A stretch of 64,000 nucleotides of DNA from Clostridia bacterium. Lineage in GTDB: Bacteria > Bacillota > Clostridia > Christensenellales > QALW01. The notes under the pieces were generated by a model. The model was not told the origin of the DNA and did not search any database. It was given only the letters and a program-made list of their open reading frames with translations. This document shows, one piece after another, positions 37,082 to 44,565 of the stretch; the stretch's first letter is position 1, and every line of letters starts with the position of its first letter. The stretch covers positions 29,888 to 93,887 of the forward strand of contig JAZRZN010000034.1 of the NCBI GenBank assembly GCA_045601365.1, read 5' to 3'. Position numbers and translations under genes: made by a program.

Positions 37082-38886
37082 TGTGTCTTCTCCTTTTTGC
37101 AAATGCTCATCATGCCGCACCCTGTGCATCCGAGACGGCAATCTTGTGTCGTTATCCCCTGCTTTGATTTTTCAAGCTCACGCAGAAGATACTCTTTCGT
37201 AACGCCTGCGTCAACCGTGTCCCACGGCAATGTTTCGTCAAGCGGTATTTCGCGTTCAGCCATTTCGCGCATCGATATCCCGTTTGATTCAAACGCCTTT
37301 TCCCACGCTTCAAGATCAAACTGATCGTTCCATGCATCGAACTTCGCACCGTTTTTCCATGCGTCATACAGCACCGCACACATTTCTCTGCCGCCGCGCG
37401 CACACGCGACCTCAAGCTTTGATGTCGTGCTGTCGTGATATTTATACTCTATTCCGCGCATCGGGCGGATAAGCTCGCTCAAATACCTTTGCTTTTCCTT
37501 AACGCTTTCCTCGTTATCCTGTTTAAGCCACTGGAACGGCGTGAACGGCTTGGGTATGAACACCGAAGTGCTGACGGTTATGCGCATATTTTTCGTATTG
37601 CCGTGTATTTCCCTGAAAACATCGGCGCACTTGCCCGCAAGCTCGGCAATGCCCTTGATGTCGTCCATATTTTCGAACGGCAGACCTATCATGAAATACA
37701 GCTTTATCGCGGTATAGCCCGCCTCATAAGCGCCGCGCACGGTACGCAGAAGGTCTTCCTCGGAAACATTCTTATTGATGATATCTCGCAGTCTTTGGCT
37801 TCCCGCCTCGGGCGCGAATGTAAGCGATGTTTTTCTCATCTGCGTACTTACGAACTGCGGATTGAACGAATCTATCCGCAGGCTCGGCAGAGAAACATCT
37901 ATATGCTCACCGCTGAATTCGCAATCGAGCTTCTTTACAAGCTCATCAATATGCGAATAGTCACCGCTTGAAAGTGACGTGAGCGATATTTCATCATAGC
38001 CCGTTGCATCCACGCTTTCGCGTGCAAGGCGCACAAGTGTATCGACGCTTCTTTCTCTGTTCGGTCTGTACAAGAAGCCTGCCTGACAGAAACGGCATCC
38101 GCGCGTACAGCCGCGGAATATCTCAAGCATTACTCTGTCATGCACGACCTCAATGTACGGCACGATGAGCTTTGTCGGCGCATACGCACGTTCAAAATCC
38201 TCCACCACACGGCGCACCGCCTTTTCGGGCGCACCGTCAAGCGGAGTTATTGTAAGATGCCCGTCAACTGTTTCATGCCGGTAAAGTGACGGTACATACA
38301 TGCCCGTATTATCGGCAAGTGCCTTTAACAGTTCTTTTTTGCCTTTACCGCTCTTTTTCCATGCTTTATAAATGTCGATAAGCTCGTTAAGCTCTTCTTC
38401 CCCGTCGCCGAGCATGAAGCAATCGACAAAATCGGAAAGCATTTCGGCATGATTGGCGCACGGACCGCCTGCGACCACAAGTGGCTCGTTTTCGCCTCTG
38501 TCGCGCGCAAAAATGCTTACGCCGGCAAGGTCAAGCATATTGATGATATTTGTATAGCTCAGCTCATACTGAAGCGTAAAGCCCCATATATCGGCATTTT
38601 TGACGGGCATTTTGTTTTCCAGCGTAAAAAGCGGAATGTTATGTTCACGCATACGCTCCTCCATGTCCACCCACGGAGCATATGCACGCTGACAGAACGT
38701 ATCTTCCCGCTCATTAAGCATATGATAGATTATCTTTCCGCCGAGATGCGACATGCCCATTTCGTATACATCGGGATACGAAAACACAAAATTGACCTCG
38801 GCGTTTTCCTTAAAAACCGAATTAAGCTCACCGCCGGTATATCTGCCCGGCTTATCAACCTGTAAAAGAATATCATCAGGAGTCAT
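37078..38886 (-). CDS. TIGR03960-type B12-binding-domain radical SAM protein
   Basis: FRGCTRGCRFCQAG (the CxxxCxxC cluster) with an N-terminal B12-like domain. 602 aa. Confidence 0.85.
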   Translation of the reverse strand: MTPDDILLQVDKPGRYTGGELNSVFKENAEVNFVFSYPDVYEMGMSHLGGKIIYHMLNEREDTFCQRAYAPWVDMEERMREHNIPLFTLENKMPVKNADIWGFTLQYELSYTNIINMLDLAGVSIFARDRGENEPLVVAGGPCANHAEMLSDFVDCFMLGDGEEELNELIDIYKAWKKSGKGKKELLKALADNTGMYVPSLYRHETVDGHLTITPLDGAPEKAVRRVVEDFERAYAPTKLIVPYIEVVHDRVMLEIFRGCTRGCRFCQAGFLYRPNRERSVDTLVRLARESVDATGYDEISLTSLSSGDYSHIDELVKKLDCEFSGEHIDVSLPSLRIDSFNPQFVSTQMRKTSLTFAPEAGSQRLRDIINKNVSEEDLLRTVRGAYEAGYTAIKLYFMIGLPFENMDDIKGIAELAGKCADVFREIHGNTKNMRITVSTSVFIPKPFTPFQWLKQDNEESVKEKQRYLSELIRPMRGIEYKYHDSTTSKLEVACARGGREMCAVLYDAWKNGAKFDAWNDQFDLEAWEKAFESNGISMREMAEREIPLDETLPWDTVDAGVTKEYLLRELEKSKQGITTQDCRLGCTGCGMMSICKKEKTQ

Positions 38887-38918
38887 CAGTATTCCCCTAT
38901 TCTAAATAATATTATTAT

Positions 38919-38947
38919 ATTATAGAATGTAAACGCGCGTAAGTCAA
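38919..38947 (-). promoter_or_regulatory. consensus sigma-A promoter of the radical SAM/DUF2344/rng/sua5 operon
   Basis: Minus strand: TTGACT (38947-38942), 17 nt, TATAAT (38924-38919). Confidence 0.65.
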
Positions 38948-39055
38948 TTAAAAAAGTGCTGTGAAACGATAAATTATCGGAGTAAAAGATAAATTATATC
39001 CATGTAATGAACATCGCATCGTGTACGGCATCCGCTACGCACAATTTGATTTATC

Positions 39056-39322
39056 CGTAGGGGGCGGCGTCCCCGACGCACCGAAAGCACCCAAAGCACG
39101 GGCAGGAAACAAATCCATTATCCCAACAAAACCCATTGTGTCATTGCGAGCATCCGCAGGATGCGTGGCAATCCATGCTTAACAAAAAGTTACTTTTGCT
39201 CACGTCTGGATTGCCACGTCGCTTCGCTTCTCGCAATGACACAAGGAAGTATGCGAAAAAACAAAATATATGTTCCTGCAACAAACATCACAAACGGTGC
39301 GTCGGAGACGCCGCACCCTACG
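39056..39322. repeat. 267-bp triple-nested imperfect palindrome (MITE/REP-like structured element)
   Basis: Outer arms 39056-39082 / 39296-39322 are complementary at 25/27 positions. Inner arms 39136-39150 / 39230-39244 (15/15; gtcattgcgag...ctcgcaatgac) and 39164-39175 / 39207-39218 (12/12). Near-palindromic centre around 39183-39198. No credible ORF. Confidence 0.75.
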
Positions 39323-39404
39323 AAAAGCAACATTTAAGCGCTTTTGCTAAATCATGTGCAAGAAGCGAAGTAATAAAACAAAAAGTACTGCACACCGATA
39401 AACA

Positions 39405-39464
39405 CAAAAAATAAACGCCGTCAAGCTATCCGAATGTGTTTTTTCGGAAAGCCTTACGGCGTTT
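39405..39464 (-). terminator. terminator after the DUF805 gene
   Basis: AAACGCCGT/ACGGCGTTT stem (39413-39421 / 39456-39464) enclosing an inner hairpin, followed on the minus strand by ATTTTTTG. Confidence 0.55.
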
Positions 39465-39471
39465 GCAGTGG

Positions 39472-40155
39472 TTATTTGTGATCCGGACCGTATCCCCATT
39501 GATTATCGCCGGCACTGTCGGTACAGAAAAAAATAAAAAGCACTATTACTCCAATAAGTGGAATACATGCAACAAGAAGCGCATATCCCGGTTTACCAAT
39601 GTCATGTATTCTCCTAACTATCAAAGCAAAAGTCGGGATAAGCATTGCTATAACAAATACCCAGTATATTCCCGAAAAAACGATTCCGAACATTTCTGCT
39701 GCTTTGTATGATGAAAAAAAATCATCAAATGCTCCGTTTTTTATGCCACTGTTGATTATTAGATACAGTATGCTTATAAGTTCATTAAATAATGTTATCA
39801 TCCAATACTCACTTCTCGAAGCACGTCCTTCAAAATTGAATGCGTTAGCAAAAAACAGTTTGATCGCTTCGCCAAAAGATACGCCTCTGTGCGGTGCATT
39901 CTTTTTCAAAAATTCTTCATCCATTTCATCATCTTCATCATCTTCATCGCAATTGCCGTACTGAATATCTTCATCCGCTTCATTTTCATCAAAATCAAGT
40001 TTTTCTGCCGCTATTGCTTCTTCATATTCATTTTTAGTATCATTTTGCTCGTTTTGCTCCGAAATCACCTTTTCAGCAGCCGTCACCTTCGTCCCGCATC
40101 CGGGGCAGAATTTTGCACTTTCATCTAATTTTTGTCCGCATTGACTGCAAAACAT
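39472..40155 (-). CDS. zinc-ribbon + DUF805 membrane protein
   Basis: MFCSQCGQKLDESAKFCPGCGTKV zinc ribbon, an acidic linker (DEDDEDDEMDEE), then DUF805 signatures GRASRSEYW and VRRIHDIGKPGYALL. Confidence 0.8.
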   Translation of the reverse strand: MFCSQCGQKLDESAKFCPGCGTKVTAAEKVISEQNEQNDTKNEYEEAIAAEKLDFDENEADEDIQYGNCDEDDEDDEMDEEFLKKNAPHRGVSFGEAIKLFFANAFNFEGRASRSEYWMITLFNELISILYLIINSGIKNGAFDDFFSSYKAAEMFGIVFSGIYWVFVIAMLIPTFALIVRRIHDIGKPGYALLVACIPLIGVIVLFIFFCTDSAGDNQWGYGPDHK

Positions 40156-40219
40156 AACTGTTCCTCCTATAATAATTTTCGTTTGTTAGTTTGATAATAC
40201 ACCAAATCTGTTTTCGCAC

Positions 40220-40531
40220 TTATGTCCAAAGCGGATTATTCTTATGTGGTGTAGCAGAATAACAGTCGTCACACAGATATGCAGTGTAAACGTCTGCCCA
40301 ACTCATATGCGTTCCATTTCCTCCGCGAGCAATATATTTGCATTGTTCAAGCGGTATGCCCAAAACAGTTTCCAACATTCTTTCAGTACCGGCTATTTCG
40401 TGTGTCGCAGGCTTGCCGCATTTGGCACAATAATGCACTGTTTCTTTTTCCTGTGTTTCCGATACAGAACAACCCGAAAGCACTGCCACGCAAAGGATAA
40501 TTGCAGTAATAACGGCAATAAAGCGCTTCAT
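40220..40531 (-). CDS. small lipoprotein with CxxC...CxxC motif
   Basis: Lipobox AVLSGC; HYCAKCGKP...YLCDDCY. AAGGAGAG RBS. Confidence 0.6.
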   Translation of the reverse strand: MKRFIAVITAIILCVAVLSGCSVSETQEKETVHYCAKCGKPATHEIAGTERMLETVLGIPLEQCKYIARGGNGTHMSWADVYTAYLCDDCYSATPHKNNPLWT

Positions 40532-40817
40532 TTGAGTTCTCTCCTTTTGTTAAATATTGAGGATTGCGGTCATACTCCTTTCGTTTTATTCTTTTTTGCT
40601 CTCCCCAAAACAAAAAAGTGCGGCTACCGAAGCAACCGCACAAAAAAACGCAAACTCCGATAGTCGCCAAACCAACTCCGCAAAGTATAAATATCTCTTT
40701 TATAGATGCAGAAACAGAATTTGCTTTTTTATCAAATTCCAAATACATCTAAAAAAGAGTACACTACTCCCGTTATAAAAAGAAATCTTTGCGTTATTCA
40801 GTTGGTTTGGCAGGTAT

Positions 40818-40846
40818 AGTATATCACAGTTTGTTTAGCAGTGCAA
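40818..40846 (-). promoter_or_regulatory. sigma-A promoter directed toward the lipoprotein gene (long leader)
   Basis: Minus strand: TTGCAC (40846-40841), 17 nt, TATACT (40823-40818). This predicts a ~280-nt leader before ATG 40531. Confidence 0.5.
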
Positions 40847-40900
40847 GAAAATTATTTTTGCTGTTTCAATTTGTGTACCGCAAAACATTCAAACTCGTAT

Positions 40901-40929
40901 TTGACTAATCCGTGCGTATTTGATATAAT
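40901..40929 (+). promoter_or_regulatory. consensus sigma-A promoter of the O-antigen-ligase-like gene
   Basis: TTGACT (40901-40906), 17 nt, TATAAT (40924-40929). GGAGGGAG RBS before ATG 40953. Confidence 0.65.
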
Positions 40930-40952
40930 TGGATTTGAAACGGAGGGAGCGT

Positions 40953-42242
40953 ATGTCAGGCGAAATAAATCTTTCGGGCGAACTCAAAAAGCTACAGGCG
41001 ATGCCGTATTTTCTGCACCGCTTTATTGCGCTGTCGCTCGTTTTCACATTTAACGATTTCGCACGGACATTCGTCAAGACAAGCTTTTTTGTGCCTCTGC
41101 TCGGTCTGTTGCTTTGTTCCGCAATATACTTTGCGATCTTTGAGGTTCTTACTCTTGTAAAAATAAAACCGTATCCGTCATTGACGTTCGCAAAACTACC
41201 GCTCGCCATATGGCTCGCGTTCGGCATTGTCAGCCTTATTGCCGAAATTTTTAACGGCTTTGTGATGAACAGCATATGGATGCTGCTCGTTCTCCCGTTA
41301 TTTTTGCTTATGGGGCAGGAAAAAATGTTTTTTAACCTGTTTTTGTTTTCCTGCGGCACGCCGATAATCTGCAATATTATTGCGGGGATCATATGTTATC
41401 CGCTTACCGACAACAATTATTCGCTCTCACTTGCCGCACTTATTCCCGTTCTGCTGTGCGCTGTTGCGTGGATATTACTTAATCCGCGCAAATTCTATGT
41501 AAAGGCATTTCTGCTGTTCGCGGCGCTTGCGGCGATCCTTTTATATTTATCGGGTGTATCCGGCGGACGCACCGGTTTTTTGACTATAATAGCCACGATC
41601 GTTCTTTTTGTGATCGCGCTCATCGTGAAATTCTATTCCGCAAAGAAAAGTATTTTGTACAAAAACGGTACCATAACATTCACGATAATCCTGTCGGTGA
41701 TCCTGATGATATCACTGACCGTCGCCGGTGCAATAGTCATCGACAGCCTCAACGAAGCACCCGAAAACCCGGAATCCATCGAAAATCTCAGTGGCTGGGA
41801 TAAATTCGTGACATCGTTCAATAACGGCAATCCGCTATCCAACCGCGGCACGATATGGAAATACACTCTGAGCAACATAAAGCTTTTCGGCAACGGTCAC
41901 GACTTTTATAAAACTCCATTGCTTACTCCCGACCAAAATTCGGCGCACAACTCGTATCTTGCGGTACTCGGTCATTTCGGGCTTATTTCATTTGCGCTGT
42001 TCGTCGTTTTTTGTGTCATGATGCTTATTCTTTCGGTGCGCTATGCGCTTGCGTCACGACTGCTGTACATCTTCCCTTTCACCGTGCTTACATCATTTTT
42101 TATCGGAAGCATCACCGAGGACTTGTTTTATATGTTCAGTCCGCGGACATTCACACTGTTGTTCTTTGCCGCCTCCGCTTTTCTTATCATCACCGACTGT
42201 GAAAAAAAAGAAAAAACAGGTGTCACCGAAGCAAAAATGTAA
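40953..42242 (+). CDS. O-antigen ligase/polymerase-like (Wzy_C) membrane protein
   Basis: ~12 TM segments. An external loop carries NRGTIWKYTL...FGNGHDFY...DQNSAHNSYLAVLGHFGLISF, typical of the Wzy_C/WaaL family. Confidence 0.72.
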   Translation: MSGEINLSGELKKLQAMPYFLHRFIALSLVFTFNDFARTFVKTSFFVPLLGLLLCSAIYFAIFEVLTLVKIKPYPSLTFAKLPLAIWLAFGIVSLIAEIFNGFVMNSIWMLLVLPLFLLMGQEKMFFNLFLFSCGTPIICNIIAGIICYPLTDNNYSLSLAALIPVLLCAVAWILLNPRKFYVKAFLLFAALAAILLYLSGVSGGRTGFLTIIATIVLFVIALIVKFYSAKKSILYKNGTITFTIILSVILMISLTVAGAIVIDSLNEAPENPESIENLSGWDKFVTSFNNGNPLSNRGTIWKYTLSNIKLFGNGHDFYKTPLLTPDQNSAHNSYLAVLGHFGLISFALFVVFCVMMLILSVRYALASRLLYIFPFTVLTSFFIGSITEDLFYMFSPRTFTLLFFAASAFLIITDCEKKEKTGVTEAKM

Positions 42243-42291
42243 CAGACTGTTTTTCAAATTCATATAATCATACTAAAGGAAGTGATTATTA

Positions 42292-43047
42292 TTGTATCTG
42301 CCTTTAGCACTGATAGCTACCGTGGGTACTTGGCTGTTGACAGCCGCAGGTGCTTCCACGGTTTTCTTTTTCAAAAAAATTAACGACAGCATCCTTAATT
42401 TAATGCTCGGCTTCGCTTCCGGCATAATGATAGCCGCAAGCTTCTGGTCATTACTTTCGCCCGCGATATCACTTTACGGCGGGATAATGGCACCTGCCGT
42501 CGGCTTTATATTCGGAGGGGCGTTTCTTATACTGTGTGATTATCTTATAATGCACTTTGAGGATAAAATAAACTTTACCGATAAAAAACGGCGTATCGTT
42601 CTGCTTATTTCATCCATAACACTGCATAATATACCCGAAGGGCTTGCCGTCGGTGTGGCATTCGGTGCGCTCAAGGGTATCGCATCACCGACATATGCGG
42701 AGCTTGCCGCACCGATAGCAGTGGCTGTAGGCATAGGCTTGCAAAATTTCCCCGAAGGTGCGGCGATTTCCATACCGCTTCGGCGTGACGGATATTCCCG
42801 AATGCGTGCATTCATGCTTGGTCAGCTTTCAGGCATAGTCGAACCTGTCGCCGGAGTGCTTGGCGCACTGCTTGTGGCATTTGTATCGGCACTGCTTCCG
42901 TATGCACTGTCCTTCGCCGCAGGAGCGATGATATTCGTCGTATTCCGCGAACTTATACCCGAAGCTGAAAACGGCAAAAGTTTTTTGCCATCGGCAGGCT
43001 GCATTCTCGGTTTTACGCTGATGATGGTAATGGATGTCGCTTTATGA
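42292..43047 (+). CDS. zupT: ZIP family metal transporter
   Basis: HNIPEGLAVGVAFG and QNFPEGAAISIPL motifs. TTG start. Confidence 0.85.
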   Translation: MYLPLALIATVGTWLLTAAGASTVFFFKKINDSILNLMLGFASGIMIAASFWSLLSPAISLYGGIMAPAVGFIFGGAFLILCDYLIMHFEDKINFTDKKRRIVLLISSITLHNIPEGLAVGVAFGALKGIASPTYAELAAPIAVAVGIGLQNFPEGAAISIPLRRDGYSRMRAFMLGQLSGIVEPVAGVLGALLVAFVSALLPYALSFAAGAMIFVVFRELIPEAENGKSFLPSAGCILGFTLMMVMDVAL

Positions 43048-43075
43048 TGGAAAAGAAGTCCGCTTTCGGACTTCT

Positions 43076-43603
43076 TTACTTTTGTGTGCCGTCTTTTTTC
43101 ATGATATCTATTCTTATAACTGCCGCGATAAGTGCGATTATCGCAAGCGAATCCGCTATCATACCGCCGATGGAAAATACGGCGATATCGTACAGAAGCC
43201 ACAGCGGCTGGATAATGAGATTCAGCCCCCTTATCGTCTTTGTATTATTGATTCCGAGTGCGACCGTTGATAACAGCTTTGCCGCTATAACGAGCAAGCT
43301 GACCGCTCCCTGCCAAGTGGCTATGCCGATACCGATAAACAAAAGCGAAAACAGTATCTGAAATACAAGTGTGCTTTTGCCCCGGTTTATTCTGTATCGG
43401 TAAACGGAATTTGTTATGATGGCGGCAAAATTGGTCGCCATGCCGGTGTACGCTCCGAGCAACAGGAACTGTACTCCGAAAATAAATTCCGAAAGCATCC
43501 TGAGTACGACGAGCTTATTGTACTCTTTGAACTGGAACGGCAGAAGTGATACAACCATTCCCACAAAGCCTATCGCCTGCGCGATGATATCTTTTGTTGT
43601 CAT
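43076..43603 (-). CDS. YgjV family inner membrane protein
   Basis: 175 aa with an internally duplicated 3-TM layout. AQAIGFVGMVVSLLPFQFK...FGVQFLLLGAYTGMATN resembles YgjV. Confidence 0.65.
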   Translation of the reverse strand: MTTKDIIAQAIGFVGMVVSLLPFQFKEYNKLVVLRMLSEFIFGVQFLLLGAYTGMATNFAAIITNSVYRYRINRGKSTLVFQILFSLLFIGIGIATWQGAVSLLVIAAKLLSTVALGINNTKTIRGLNLIIQPLWLLYDIAVFSIGGMIADSLAIIALIAAVIRIDIMKKDGTQK

Positions 43604-43706
43604 TTTATTTGCCTCCGTGCCTTAAATGTGTTATAATTGTAACATATGAACATATAATGTTCGTTTGATTGATAAACGAACATTTTCACAAACACGGAGG
43701 CGGCAT

Positions 43707-44399
43707 ATGAAGCTCAACGAACGTCAGCAAAAGATACTCAAACTAACCGAGGAAAAAGGGCGTATCACGACATCGAGCATATCAAGAACTCTTGATGTAA
43801 GTGAAATGACAGTAAGGCGCGATCTTCAAACGATGGAGGCAGGCGGATTCATTAAGCGGTATCACGGAGGTGCGCTTATTCCGGACACATATATCCATTA
43901 CCCGATCGACATGCGTATACATGTCAACGAAAAAGAAAAGCGCATGCTTGCAAAGCGTGCGGAAAAGCATCTTAATGACGGTCAGACGATTTTTATCGGC
44001 AGTTCATCGACCTGTGCGTATATCATCCCGTACATAAAAAACTACAGAGATATGACGGTAATAACAAATTCCGTAGGATATCTTCACACGCTTTCAAAAT
44101 ACGGTGTCCGTTGCCTGCTTACCGGCGGCGAATACAACGAGCGCGAACGTTCGCTTCTCGGTCGTGATGCCGAAAGCTTTTTGCTTAGCATAAATCCCGA
44201 TGCAGCCTTTTTATCCTGCGACGGTATTTCCGATAACGGCATGATAACGCTGAACGACCCAAACGAAGCAGCTATAATCGGTATAATGTTCCGAAACGCG
44301 GCAAAGAAAATCTTTCTTGCCGACAGCTCTAAGCTCGGAAAAAAATACAGATATAATATCTGCGCCAAAACTGACGCTGATGACATAATAATCATATAA
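43707..44399 (+). CDS. DeoR/GlpR family transcriptional regulator
   Basis: N-terminal HTH ERQQKILKLTEEKGRITTSSISRTLDVSEMTVRRDLQTME and a C-terminal sugar-phosphate-sensor domain. GGAGG RBS. Confidence 0.88.
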   Translation: MKLNERQQKILKLTEEKGRITTSSISRTLDVSEMTVRRDLQTMEAGGFIKRYHGGALIPDTYIHYPIDMRIHVNEKEKRMLAKRAEKHLNDGQTIFIGSSSTCAYIIPYIKNYRDMTVITNSVGYLHTLSKYGVRCLLTGGEYNERERSLLGRDAESFLLSINPDAAFLSCDGISDNGMITLNDPNEAAIIGIMFRNAAKKIFLADSSKLGKKYRYNICAKTDADDIIII

Positions 44400-44411
44400 T
44401 ATCCGATGAAC

Positions 44412-44447
44412 AAATTCGCTCGGCAACGTTCACGCCGAGCGAATTTT
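44412..44447. terminator. strong bidirectional hairpin terminator (DeoR gene / glnN)
   Basis: 13-bp perfect stem AAATTCGCTCGGC/GCCGAGCGAATTT, with T-runs on both strands because the stem ends are A/T-rich. Confidence 0.7.
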
Positions 44448-44465
44448 ATAAATCAGTATAAAAGT

Positions 44466-44560
44466 TTTTGCCCCGCTTTTTTCAAAAAGCGGGCAGGGTT
44501 TGGGGCAGAGCCCCCAGGAAAGGGGTCACGGGGGCGGAGCCACCGTGCGGGCAGTGGCAA
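44466..44560. other. G/C-rich multi-hairpin element in the glnN 3' region
   Basis: Three consecutive hairpins: GCCCCGCTTTTTT/AAAAAGCGGGC (44470-44494), GGGGCagaGCCCC (44502-44515) and GCCAC...GTGGC (44539-44558). Lies between the glnN stop and the 44412 terminator. Confidence 0.5.
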
Positions 44561-44565
44561 AAAAG

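Noticed and set aside
39136-39414. 92-aa ORF (MCHCEHPQDAWQSM...LPRRFASRNDTRKY) in the large intergenic region.
   Set aside because: It simply reads through the arms of the nested palindrome. It has no RBS, and its peptide is dictated by the inverted repeat. I treat it as a non-coding element instead.
40383-40748. 121-aa ORF called as an independent gene.
   Set aside because: The nearest GGGAG is ~20 nt upstream of the ATG, which is too far. The distal two thirds overlap the well-supported lipoprotein gene out of frame. Only the first ~45 codons look protein-like, so I report it as a question in the findings and not as a feature.
44495-44535. Possible G-quadruplex (GGG-TTT-GGGG-...-GGGG-TCAC-GGGGG).
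   Set aside because: One loop would be 16 nt long, and the same G-tracts are already used in Watson-Crick hairpins with adjacent C-tracts. There is no basis to prefer a G4 without experiment.
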